The notes under the pieces are model-generated. The model ran no database searches. It was not told the origin of the DNA and was given only the letters and a program-made list of their open reading frames with translations. A stretch of DNA of 64,000 nucleotides from Planctomycetota bacterium. GTDB lineage: Bacteria > Planctomycetota > B15-G4 > SIAN01. Numbering within the stretch: the stretch's first letter is position 1; every line of letters begins with the position of its first letter. Of the stretch, positions 41,750 through 50,669 are shown piece by piece. A program made the position numbers and the translations under genes. The stretch covers positions 256,001-320,000 of the forward strand of contig JANNXA010000014.1 in the NCBI GenBank assembly GCA_031409275.1, written 5' to 3'.

Positions 41750-42829
41750 TCAGAGCGCGACGAGCGAGCCTAGCAGCGCTCCGAACCGATCCGCGGCGAT
41801 GCGCGACTCGATGGTCACCTGCGTCCCGCGATGCAGCAACGACGCCGAACTGATCGAGCCGAAGCGCGACACGAAGGCGACGTCGAAGTAGGAGTTCGAC
41901 GCGTATCCCGACGGCATCGTGTCGAGCGGCGAGTGCTCGATGAAGTCGATGTGCTCGACGCCGTCGCTGTAGACGAAGCGCCACAGCAGCAAGGGCTGCA
42001 AGGCACGCGCCTGGTTGGCCTCCGTCTGGATCGAGACCTCCTGGATCTCGATGAGTTCGAATCCGGCGGGGAGCCCCCCATCCTTCGGGAGCACCAGCGT
42101 CAGCCCGAGCGCGGCCGCATGAAGGCGCGCCGTGTCGAGCGTCGGCAGGTTCTCGCTCGTCACGATCGGCGACTCGTTCGGGACGAGTCCGCTCGGCGGG
42201 CCCCACCGCAGGCTGGTGACCACCATGTGGCTGGTCATCCGCGAGCCGGACGGATCCTTCACGTACTCCTGGTACTCGAGGGGAAAGCCCTCGCGGCCGA
42301 CGCGAGTGCTGGCCGTCAGGACATAGAAGGGGCGATCGTCAACGACGGGCTCGATGAGGAAGGTGAGGGAGGGTTCGCCTCGCGCGGTGATCGGCTCACG
42401 ACCGAGTTCGACGATGGTGATCCAGTAGTTCGCCGCCATCCGATCGAGATCGTCCGGCGTCGCATCGCGCTGGAACAAGGCGCGCATGCCACCACCGGTC
42501 GCGAGTTGCGCCGCGAGGCGATCGAACGCTGCAAGCTCGTGCGGATCAGTGATCGCGGCGCGCGCCAGACCGTTGCGTTCGAGCAATTCGATCTGGAAAT
42601 GGCCCGCGCCATCGGACTTCACGCGCTCGAGCCACTCCACCTGCAGACCGGCGTCGTCGGCCGTGAATCGTCGCTCGACGGTGAACGCGTGCGACGAATA
42701 GTCGAAGACCACCTTGCGGCAGGTCTGCTCGAGGAGGGTCTCATCACAACCAGTCGCCGAAACGAGCAACGCCAGGCCGCACACGGCCGCGAGCAGCGAC
42801 TTCCAAGCGCGACAGGCGCCCCGCATCAC
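41750..42829 (-). CDS. MucB/RseB-like periplasmic lipoprotein
   Basis: Lipobox-like VSATGC; C-terminal 'LPAGFEL...FVYSDG...FIE'; third gene of an ECF/anti-sigma locus. Confidence 0.65.
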   Translation of the reverse strand: MMRGACRAWKSLLAAVCGLALLVSATGCDETLLEQTCRKVVFDYSSHAFTVERRFTADDAGLQVEWLERVKSDGAGHFQIELLERNGLARAAITDPHELAAFDRLAAQLATGGGMRALFQRDATPDDLDRMAANYWITIVELGREPITARGEPSLTFLIEPVVDDRPFYVLTASTRVGREGFPLEYQEYVKDPSGSRMTSHMVVTSLRWGPPSGLVPNESPIVTSENLPTLDTARLHAAALGLTLVLPKDGGLPAGFELIEIQEVSIQTEANQARALQPLLLWRFVYSDGVEHIDFIEHSPLDTMPSGYASNSYFDVAFVSRFGSISSASLLHRGTQVTIESRIAADRFGALLGSLVAL

Positions 42830-43458
42830 GGCCCGCCCCGCAGCGGAATCGACGCCCGACCCGGGAGGATCGGCGTCGATAGCGACGGGTCACTTCCACC
42901 ATGAGGGGCAGAAGCGACACGCACGATGCGCACCGCCAACGACGGCCGATCGGAGAGCGCCGCCGTCTCAGCAGCGAAGCCGCGGCGCGCCGGCGACGAC
43001 TGCAGCAGCGGCCAGAGCGACAGGCCTACGAGTGCGGCAGCGGCGACCGCTGCCGCTCGACGCAGGCGCAAATGCAAACGCACCACCGATGCGATCGGCA
43101 GCGCGCCTGGAACGACGCGATCGAAGGTCAGGCTTGCCGGCGCCGCCAGCACCGGCAGCAAACGAAGCTGTTCGCGCGCCCGTTCCCCGTCACGCTCCAG
43201 CTTCGAATCGAAGCGAGCTTCGTCGACCTGGGCCATGATCGCAGCGAAGTCGAGCGCACCGCCCGCGCGGTTTTCTGGCGATCGGCGCGGGAGCTTCGAG
43301 AGGCTTTCGGCGACTCGACTCCGCGAGGCGAGGAGCGCGGCGCAGTCGGGGCAAGCGGCCACATGCCGGAGCAGTTCCTGCTCAGACTCAGCGGCCCAGC
43401 TCGGAAGCAGCACTTCCGAATACCGCGCACAGCCAGTGGTGTTCTTGACCCCGTCCAT
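42826..43458 (-). CDS. zinc-binding anti-sigma factor (zf-HC2 type) with one TM
   Basis: HVAACPDC (HxxxCxxC), TM AAAVAAAALVGLSLW; downstream of the ECF sigma gene; start set at ATG 43458. Confidence 0.75.
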   Translation of the reverse strand: MDGVKNTTGCARYSEVLLPSWAAESEQELLRHVAACPDCAALLASRSRVAESLSKLPRRSPENRAGGALDFAAIMAQVDEARFDSKLERDGERAREQLRLLPVLAAPASLTFDRVVPGALPIASVVRLHLRLRRAAAVAAAALVGLSLWPLLQSSPARRGFAAETAALSDRPSLAVRIVRVASAPHGGSDPSLSTPILPGRASIPLRGGP

Positions 43459-43464
43459 CGCGAT

Positions 43465-43494
43465 TAAGACTGTTTTCCAGTGCCCCAGGGTTCC
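43465..43494 (-). promoter_or_regulatory. sigma-E-type promoter upstream of the anti-sigma gene
   Basis: GGAACCC-N17-GTCTTA on the minus strand. Confidence 0.6.
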
Positions 43495-43603
43495 GCAATT
43501 CTCTGAGCCGCCACCGAAGCGCTCAACGGGTCGAGCGGAACCTATCTCCCGACGCAGCGACCGCCGACGCCGCCCGTTCGCTCTTCGTTCCGTCGCCGCG
43601 GGC

Positions 43604-44209
43604 TCATGCGAGACCGCCGCCAGGGGTCCGGAACGCTCCACTCTCGAGGAGCTCCTGCAGTTGCTGATGCGCACGATTGAGGCGCGACTTGACCGTGCCG
43701 AGCGAGATGCCGAGCACGGCGGCGATCTCTTCGTACGCCATGTCCTCCATGTACCGCAGCACGATCGCCGCGCGCAACGGCTCGCTCAATCGACGCAAGG
43801 CTCGCTCGACCTGCTGGGTGCGCTCCTCTCCTTCGGCCACCAAATCGGAGGGATCGGGCAACGGGTCGGCGATCCGAACCAGCAAGCTCTCGCCGGCATC
43901 GCCACTCGTCGTCGGCAACAGCGTCGTGTTCGACTTGCGGCGATGATCGACGCACAGGTTGAAGACCACGCGGTAGAGCCAGGTGTAGAAACGCGACGCG
44001 AATTGGAACTCGCCGAGCTTGCGAAAGACCGTCACGAACGCTTCCTGGCTGACATCCTCGGCGTCCGCCGGATTGCCGAGCAGTCGCGACGCCAGGTTGA
44101 AAACACGATCGCGGTAGAGGTCGAACAGCGTTCGGAATGCCGTATCACGAGCCGCTCCCGACTCGCGTTGACAACGGCGGATCAGTTCAAAATCTGGATC
44201 TTCGCTCAT
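43604..44209 (-). CDS. ECF RNA polymerase sigma factor (RpoE/SigW-like)
   Basis: DAEDVSQEAF, FYTWLYRV..N.C.D..R, YEEIA..LGISLGTVKSRLNRA. Confidence 0.93.
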   Translation of the reverse strand: MSEDPDFELIRRCQRESGAARDTAFRTLFDLYRDRVFNLASRLLGNPADAEDVSQEAFVTVFRKLGEFQFASRFYTWLYRVVFNLCVDHRRKSNTTLLPTTSGDAGESLLVRIADPLPDPSDLVAEGEERTQQVERALRRLSEPLRAAIVLRYMEDMAYEEIAAVLGISLGTVKSRLNRAHQQLQELLESGAFRTPGGGLA

Positions 44210-44229
44210 GCTCTCGTTGCAGTCGGCGA

Positions 44230-44259
44230 TTGGACGGCTCATTCGCCGCGCGATGTTCC
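44230..44259 (-). promoter_or_regulatory. sigma-E-type autoregulatory promoter
   Basis: GGAACAT-N17-GTCCAA on the minus strand, 20 nt upstream of the ECF ATG. Confidence 0.6.
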
Positions 44260-44398
44260 AGCGATCTGGAGTGCGTCGGCGCGGCGCATTCTTCCAGCCG
44301 ACCGACGCCGCGACGCATCTTTTCGAGCACGCCCGCGAGTTCGCGACGCTCGATCGCAGCGTGGGGATGGCGGCGGGAGTCCCCTGCCGCCGCGCGGC

Positions 44399-45376
44399 TC
44401 ACTGATTGGCCTTCGACTGCAGGTAGCCGTAGTCGAGCATCAGGAACGTCTGGCTGTCGAGCGCGGTGCAATCCGCATCGATGCAGTACAGGAGCCCGTC
44501 CGGCTCGCAGTCCGCCGAGTTGACCACGAACTCGAGAGTCGCGACTCCGACGGGAGCGCCTTCGCTGAACGCGACGCTGCAGTATTCCGGCGTTTCGTCA
44601 TCCGGCGGCGGGATCGGCTGCAGCGGTTGCACCGCGAACGACAGCAGCCCCGACGGCAGCGCCGGGCCACCGGCGACGACGAAGGAGGTCGCGCCCTGCG
44701 ACGAGAGGAACAGCTGGTCGATCGCCTCGATGCCTGCGAGCTTCGTCGCAAAACCGAGGCAGATCGGAGCGGCCGTCCGCATCACGGAGAGGTCGACGTC
44801 GAAGTGAAACGAAACGAGGTCGAGGCCGAGGAAGTCGCTTGCGCAGAAGCCGGTGGCGATCGTGGGGATGAGGGAGGTGAGGTCGATGACGCCAAGGCCG
44901 CTGCCCGGATCACCCTCCACCGCCGCGACGAAGTTCGGGCTGCCGGCAACGACGTGGAACGAGTCGATCAGGTCGACGTTCGCCGGATAGAAGGCGGTGT
45001 AGACGCGCAACACGCCCGCCGACTCGTAGGCGTAGGAGCGCACCGCGGGCGCAACCTCGGGGGTCGACGCCGGATCGACGGGATCCGATCGAAGCACCCA
45101 CTCCGCTCCATCGCTGTAGCCGTCGTCGTCGCAGTCGAAGTCGAACGAATCGGTCTTCGAAAAGCGCTCGAACTCATCGGAAAGACCGTCGGCGTCGGTG
45201 TCGTGACCCTCGGGGTAGTCCGCGCGCGCAAGCGACGGCCCGAACGTTCCGCCAGACGGAACGACTTCGCAGCGTCGGAGGTCAAGCGAAGAACCGACGT
45301 AGGCCAACGCCACGCCAATCACGACTCCACTGGCGCGCCGCCAGCTTCGCGATCGCTCACATCGAGACGGTTCCAT
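44399..45376 (-). CDS. hypothetical exported protein with Ca-binding-like DxDxDG repeats
   Basis: DTDADGLSDEFE and DCDDDGYSDGAE; acidic; several C-terminal Cys; start uncertain. Confidence 0.65.
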   Translation of the reverse strand: MEPSRCERSRSWRRASGVVIGVALAYVGSSLDLRRCEVVPSGGTFGPSLARADYPEGHDTDADGLSDEFERFSKTDSFDFDCDDDGYSDGAEWVLRSDPVDPASTPEVAPAVRSYAYESAGVLRVYTAFYPANVDLIDSFHVVAGSPNFVAAVEGDPGSGLGVIDLTSLIPTIATGFCASDFLGLDLVSFHFDVDLSVMRTAAPICLGFATKLAGIEAIDQLFLSSQGATSFVVAGGPALPSGLLSFAVQPLQPIPPPDDETPEYCSVAFSEGAPVGVATLEFVVNSADCEPDGLLYCIDADCTALDSQTFLMLDYGYLQSKANQ

Positions 45377-45521
45377 GGCGCACCTCAAGTCGCGTCGGGG
45401 GGATCACGTCGACCGTTCCGAGGTCGTACGCGCGTCCGCATGGTAAGCCGTGCCACCGCTCTCGCAAGGAGTGGCAAGTCGAACCAGCGCGGGATCGAAC
45501 GAACGATCAGCCTTGGCATGG

Positions 45522-47252
45522 TTAGCGCCGCATGATCTGAGCATCCAGTCGGTTGAGCACGCTCTTCTGGAATTCAGGGTCGACATCCAGGCTGAGTTCG
45601 AGCGCCAGTGGGAAGGCTCGCCGAAGCAGGTAGAGCGCCGCCTCCCGTGCCTCCCGGGCCGCTCCGGTGTCGACCGCGAGCTTGCGCACCTCCCAGAGGA
45701 CCGAGCGGTCCACCTCGTCGAGCAAGGCCTCGACGATGAGCGGGTGGATCGGCGGGCGCCGCAACTTGGAAAGCAGCCATGCGGTGTCGCCCGCAGCGAC
45801 TTTGGCGCGAAGAATTTCCTCGCGTGGTCCGTCGCGAACGCGCGACAAGAGCACCTTCAGCTCATTCGCATGGTGCGGCCCAAGCACTAGCCAGAGAAAC
45901 CGCTCGCCAAGTTCCGCCTCGCTGCCCAGATCAAGGTAGTCGCCACGGCCAAGCTTCGCGATCTGCGCCAACGCGGCAGCACCGTCCTCTTCGGGCCGGG
46001 GCGCCACGGCGCGCTCGGGACCGGTGTAGATCGCTGAAACGATCGCTCCTGGAATCGACTTGGGATCGCCCCGCACGAACCCGGAGATCAACGAACGAAT
46101 GCGTCCCTCGTCGCCGGCGTGCGGCGGTGCATCACCGATGACCACGACGACGCGATGGGTGCCCGCGCGCCAACCACCGCGTTGAATCGCCTCGGCAAGG
46201 CCAGCCGCCACCGCTTCCGGCACATCGCCGCCACCTTCAGCGCGCAGTGTCCAGAGGAAGTTGAGGATCGCGTAGCGGTCGGACGAGAGCGGAAGCGACT
46301 TGGTGGTGAACTCGTCGTCGCCGTCGCGATAGGCCACGACGCCAAGCCGCAAGTTGCCGACCAGCGTCGCGAGCGTGGAGACCATCGAATCGACCGCGGT
46401 GCGCGCTTGCGCGAGGAACGGCTGCATGCTGCTCGTCGCGTCGATCACGAAGATGAGATCGACGCCGCATCCACGCAGTGCCTGCAGCCTCGACAAGATC
46501 GCCGTGCCGACGCCGGACTGACCTTCAAGCGAGAGTCGACCGACTCCTGCGAGGCCATCTCCGCCGCCGATCGCGCCAATGCCGAGGTCGAGCGCACCGA
46601 CACGCAGCATCGAATCGTCGGCGCGCCCCGGCTCGACGACCGCCTGCGGATCGGGATCGGGCGTCGGCAGATCGGTCAGCGGTTCGACGTCAGGCTCCGC
46701 CTCCTGCAAGAGTTCCGGCTGCGTCGGCAGCTGCATTTCCTGCGCGCGGAACGACTCGTCTGGCTCGACCAGCGCGTCGCTTTGCAACGCCAGCGGCACC
46801 GGCGGCGGCGGTTCGGCGACGACGAAGTGCTGCAGGATCCAGAGCACCAGTCCGTGCAAGGTCGCCGAGAGCGCGAAGCCGATGCTGCGATCGAAAGTTC
46901 GAGCCAGTCGCCGCCGCCAATGGCCGGAGCGTGGTTCGCTGAGCATCGCGCACGGCGCCAACAGGAACCGCAACGCGCCAAGTTCGATGACGCCGTGCGC
47001 CGGCACGAGCCGCTCGACTTCCTGCACGACTTCACCGCTGACTCGTACCGCCGCACCCGGAAGCGCCCGAATCCACACGCCCCAATCGTCGCAGCGCACA
47101 CTGGCGTGGAACGGCTCGATCGACGCGTGAGAAAGCTGCGCGCGGTTCTGAGCGGCATGCCCGATCGATGCGACGATCCCGGGACGCAGACGCAGCAGCT
47201 CCGCGCCCCCGCCTTCGAGGCTCAGTGCGAACTCAACCGGCTTGGGGATCAC
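45522..47252 (-). CDS. membrane protein with degenerate FHA-like N-terminus and VWA domain
   Basis: FHA-like 'SIGH...SI..FHA'; TM 'LSATLHGLVL'; MIDAS DATSSM, GVVAYRD, GGGDVPEAV, IGDAPPH. Confidence 0.8.
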   Translation of the reverse strand: MIPKPVEFALSLEGGGAELLRLRPGIVASIGHAAQNRAQLSHASIEPFHASVRCDDWGVWIRALPGAAVRVSGEVVQEVERLVPAHGVIELGALRFLLAPCAMLSEPRSGHWRRRLARTFDRSIGFALSATLHGLVLWILQHFVVAEPPPPVPLALQSDALVEPDESFRAQEMQLPTQPELLQEAEPDVEPLTDLPTPDPDPQAVVEPGRADDSMLRVGALDLGIGAIGGGDGLAGVGRLSLEGQSGVGTAILSRLQALRGCGVDLIFVIDATSSMQPFLAQARTAVDSMVSTLATLVGNLRLGVVAYRDGDDEFTTKSLPLSSDRYAILNFLWTLRAEGGGDVPEAVAAGLAEAIQRGGWRAGTHRVVVVIGDAPPHAGDEGRIRSLISGFVRGDPKSIPGAIVSAIYTGPERAVAPRPEEDGAAALAQIAKLGRGDYLDLGSEAELGERFLWLVLGPHHANELKVLLSRVRDGPREEILRAKVAAGDTAWLLSKLRRPPIHPLIVEALLDEVDRSVLWEVRKLAVDTGAAREAREAALYLLRRAFPLALELSLDVDPEFQKSVLNRLDAQIMRR

Positions 47253-47362
47253 TTCAGGTGCCGCTCCGAGCAGCCACTGCTCCTATCGCTGCAACCCGAG
47301 CGCGGACACAAGGTCGCGGCGCCATCCCCGGTCGAACGCCGCCACGATCGCCGCCACCACCG

Positions 47363-48247
47363 TCAGGCGCCCGCGTGCGCGCTGCGTCCACGCAACGCGT
47401 CGAGCGCCTGGCGGAGCGCCACCCGGGTCGACTCCTCCGCCGCCATCAGCGGCAGGCGAACCTCGCCATTCCCGATCCCTTCGAGCGCGAGCGCGGCCTT
47501 GACTGGCACCGGGTTGCTCTCGATGAACAGCGCGCGGAACAGCGGCAGCAGTCGGTAGTGGCGCTTGCGAGCGGCGGCGAAGTCGCCGCGTGCCGCTTCC
47601 TGCACCAGCGCAGCGATCTCCTCCGGCACGACGTTGCCGGCGACCGACACGATCCCCTTCGCGCCGAGCGCCATCCACGGCAACGTCAGCGCGTCGTCGC
47701 CGGCGAGGATCGTGATGGGCGAAAGCTCCGCGACGTCCATGCAATCGCTCGGCGAGCCCGTCGCGTCCTTCAGCGCTGCGATCCGCGGATGGCGCGCGAG
47801 TTCGACGATCAACGACGGCGGGATGCGAGTGCCGGTGCGACCGGGGATGTTGTAGACGATCAACGGCACTGGCGAGGCGTCGGCGACCGCCAGGAAATGC
47901 GCCTTCAGTCCGCGCGGCGTCGGCTTGTTGTAATAGGGCGTGACGATCATCGCCGCCCGACACCCCGCCGCGGCGGCCGCCTTCGTGCGACGAATCGTCT
48001 CAGCGGTGTCGTAGGTGCCGGTGCCGGCGATGACCGGCAAGCGACCCGCGGATGCCGCGACGACGAGCTCGATCACTTCGGCATGCTCGGCCTCGGAAAG
48101 CGTCGGCGCTTCGCCGGTCGTTCCGCACGCGACCAACGCGGATGTACCGCCGGAGACCTGCTTCTCCACAAGGGCGCGCAGCGCGGCAGCGTCGATGCGA
48201 CCGTTGCGGAATGGCGTGATCAGGGCGACGATCGACCCCTCGAACAT
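47363..48247 (-). CDS. dapA: 4-hydroxy-tetrahydrodipicolinate synthase
   Basis: ALITPF, GTTGE, TPYYNKP, YNIPGRT, LKDA, ESNPVPVK. Confidence 0.97.
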   Translation of the reverse strand: MFEGSIVALITPFRNGRIDAAALRALVEKQVSGGTSALVACGTTGEAPTLSEAEHAEVIELVVAASAGRLPVIAGTGTYDTAETIRRTKAAAAAGCRAAMIVTPYYNKPTPRGLKAHFLAVADASPVPLIVYNIPGRTGTRIPPSLIVELARHPRIAALKDATGSPSDCMDVAELSPITILAGDDALTLPWMALGAKGIVSVAGNVVPEEIAALVQEAARGDFAAARKRHYRLLPLFRALFIESNPVPVKAALALEGIGNGEVRLPLMAAEESTRVALRQALDALRGRSAHAGA

Positions 48248-48293
48248 CGAAACGCTCCTCGTTGGTTGGACGACAAGGCGGCAGTTCTATCCC

Positions 48294-48899
48294 ATGAAAC
48301 GTCCCGATCCTGAACGCTCGCCGCGCATCCTTGGCGGTCGCTTCCGCGGCCGCGCGCTCTTCGTCGCCGAAGGGCTCGTCACGCGCCCCGCTCGCGCGCT
48401 GGTGCGCCGCTCGTTGTTCGACTCGCTGCAGACCGCCGTCGAGGGCTCGCGCTGGCTCGACCTGTTCGCTGGCTCGGGTGCGTTCGGCATCGAGGCGCTT
48501 TCACGCGGCGCGCTCCACGCCACCTTCGTCGAAGCCGGCCGTGAGGGGATCCGCTGCCTGCGCGACAACCTCGCCCGCCTCGAGCTCGCCCCTCCTGAGG
48601 CCGATCTCCTCACGGACCGCCTGCCGGGGCTGCTCCAGCGGCCGCCGCCAGCCGGAGCCCCGTTCGACTTCATTTCGCTCGACCCGCCCTTCGCCATGGT
48701 CCGCAGCAGCGACACTCGCGCCGAGCTGATGGCCGCCCTGGCAGCCGCGGGGCCGCTCGGTTGGTGGCAGCCGGGGGCGCTGCTGCTGTTCGAGGAGCCG
48801 GGCGACGCTCCGGCCCCGATTCCCGCGGGATTCGAGCAGGAAGAGCGGCGCGAGCACGGCGCGACATCGCGGCTGCGGCGCCTCCGCTACCGAGGCTGA
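48294..48899 (+). CDS. rsmD: 16S rRNA m2G966 methyltransferase family
   Basis: RILGGRFRGR, TRP, LDLFAGSGAFGIEALSRGA, LDPPF. Confidence 0.9.
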   Translation: MKRPDPERSPRILGGRFRGRALFVAEGLVTRPARALVRRSLFDSLQTAVEGSRWLDLFAGSGAFGIEALSRGALHATFVEAGREGIRCLRDNLARLELAPPEADLLTDRLPGLLQRPPPAGAPFDFISLDPPFAMVRSSDTRAELMAALAAAGPLGWWQPGALLLFEEPGDAPAPIPAGFEQEERREHGATSRLRRLRYRG

Positions 48900-48921
48900 G
48901 TTCCGGCAAACGAGCCTCGCC

Positions 48922-48950
48922 TCAAGCCCTCCCCCTTCGCCTGCCGATCA
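48922..48950 (+). promoter_or_regulatory. candidate sigma-28-type promoter
   Basis: TCAAG-N16-GCCGATCA; -10 differs from GCCGATAA at one position. Confidence 0.55.
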
Positions 48951-49009
48951 ACCATGGCGAGCTTCGAGAAGGAGGCCCACACCATGCTTTGCAACCTGGA
49001 TACGAACCC

Positions 49010-49195
49010 ATGGACCTCCGACCCGCGGCCGAATCCGGCCTGAGCGATTTCCTGTTCCAGCTTCCGAACGGACCGTTGACGCACCAAGAACGCGTTCGGC
49101 AGCTCGAAGAGGCGATCGCCCACGGACAGATCAAAGAAGCCGACTTGGACCGCGTGATGACACGGCTGCTGGAAGAACTTCAGCGCACGTCTTGA
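49010..49195 (+). CDS. small FlgM-like anti-sigma-28 candidate
   Basis: ERVRQLEEAIAHGQIK..D..V..RLLEE resembles the FlgM C-terminal pattern; start uncertain. Confidence 0.55.
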   Translation: MDLRPAAESGLSDFLFQLPNGPLTHQERVRQLEEAIAHGQIKEADLDRVMTRLLEELQRTS

Positions 49196-49217
49196 CGCGA
49201 AAGAAGGAGAGAGCGCC

Positions 49218-50531
49218 TTGAAGAAGCGGAGCTGCACGCGGTTCCTGGCAGCTTGCGCCCTGGCGTCGTTCGCCGGGTTTGCGCGCGCCGAGGAACAGGC
49301 CGAGACCAAGCGGATCGCGATGACGCTCGACGAGGTGCGCGCGTTCCCCGAGGCCTACTGCCGAGTCCCGTTCGAGATCGACCTGCTCTATCACGGGCCT
49401 CGCAGCCTCTACAACCCGTTCTTCACGGTGTTCGAGCCGTCGAGCTTCGCCAACTTCGCGGCGTGGCCGGCCGAATCGCCGATCTTCGAGCGCCAGCACT
49501 ACCTCGAGGATCACCCGCTCTTCTATTACGAGCGCAAGGACGCCGCGCTCCAGCGCACGATCTTCGCGCTGAAGCCCTACACGTGGTTCAGCGCCCGCTG
49601 CATCGTGCGCAGCATCGCGCAAGGCCGCGCCTGGATCGAAGTGCTCGCGATCACCTCGGTGGGCGCGCAGCTCGACAACACCGATCTGCGCCACCTGGTG
49701 AGGGCGAATTCGCTCGCCGACGCCGGCGAATTCGATCGAGCGCTGCTCGAGATCGAAATGGCGCGGCTCTTCTCGGCGCCGACGCGCTTCGTGGCGCAGG
49801 CGCGCCGTGAGGAAGGTCGCGTCGCGCTGGCCGCCAATCAACCCGAACGCGCGCTGCTGGCTCTCCAGCAGGCGTGGCAGTCGCTGCCTGAGGACAAGCT
49901 CGTCGCGGCGCTGCTCGACCGCGCTTCGGCGCAGGTCGCGCTGCTGCGTCAATCGCAGGTCGCCACGCTTCCGGGCGCCGCGCCGGTGACGGCGCCGGCG
50001 GTCGAGACGCGGACGAAACCGAAACCGCAGGCTCCGGTGACGCCGGTCGCCCCGGAAGTCGCTCCCGAAACCGAACCGACCCCGCCCGCCACCAAGCCTC
50101 AGGACGAGGACGGCGAGCAGCCAAGCGGCGAGACCCCGGTGCTCCCCGTCGTCGAACCCGTCGTCGAACCCGCCGTCGATCCCGCCGACGCGAGCAAGAC
50201 TCCGGTGACGGCACCTGACGACACCACGCCGCCGGTCGTCGAGCCGACCGATCCCGCCGATGGCACCACTCCTGGCGCAAACGACGTGACTTCCACTGAA
50301 GCAGACGCGACCGAAAGCGATGCGACCGAGGAGGGCGCGAGCGGATCGCCCGTCGATGAGGCGACCGAAGAGGCCACCGACGAGGCGACGGAAGAGGCCA
50401 CCGACGAGGCGACCGACGAAAGCACCGATGACGGTGTCGACGATCTGCCCAGCGATCCGCCAGTCGATGGCGAGACGCCGCCGCCGACGCCTGCCGACGA
50501 AACGGGTGAAGCCGGCGACGACAGCGCCTGA
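49218..50531 (+). CDS. secreted hypothetical protein with TPR-like segment and long Pro/Thr/acidic tail
   Basis: AAGGAG RBS plus TTG start, signal peptide ending ARA, low-complexity C-terminal third. Confidence 0.8.
   Translation: MKKRSCTRFLAACALASFAGFARAEEQAETKRIAMTLDEVRAFPEAYCRVPFEIDLLYHGPRSLYNPFFTVFEPSSFANFAAWPAESPIFERQHYLEDHPLFYYERKDAALQRTIFALKPYTWFSARCIVRSIAQGRAWIEVLAITSVGAQLDNTDLRHLVRANSLADAGEFDRALLEIEMARLFSAPTRFVAQARREEGRVALAANQPERALLALQQAWQSLPEDKLVAALLDRASAQVALLRQSQVATLPGAAPVTAPAVETRTKPKPQAPVTPVAPEVAPETEPTPPATKPQDEDGEQPSGETPVLPVVEPVVEPAVDPADASKTPVTAPDDTTPPVVEPTDPADGTTPGANDVTSTEADATESDATEEGASGSPVDEATEEATDEATEEATDEATDESTDDGVDDLPSDPPVDGETPPPTPADETGEAGDDSA
50358..50429 (+). repeat. coding 12-bp tandem repeat (EAT[E/D]) x6, last copy degenerate
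   Basis: gaggcgaccgaa gaggccaccgac gaggcgacggaa gaggccaccgac gaggcgaccgac gaaagcaccgat. Confidence 0.85.
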
Positions 50532-50558
50532 TCGAAGCGACGAAGATTCGAATGCAAT

Positions 50559-50584
50559 GCGGCCGGGAGGCGACTCCCGGCCGC
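50559..50584 (+). terminator. GC hairpin with GNRA loop (possible terminator)
   Basis: gcggccgggag-gcga-ctcccggccgc; weak U-tract. Confidence 0.5.
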
Positions 50585-50669
50585 GCTCGTTTGGCGCGGT
50601 CGTTTCCACGACGCGGGCGCGCGCAGCAGCAGCGAGCCGCGGCGCGATCTGGCATATTGCCCCGCCCTC

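Noticed and set aside
50358..50429. Possible CRISPR array
   Set aside because: In-frame 12-bp coding repeats without spacers; no cas genes
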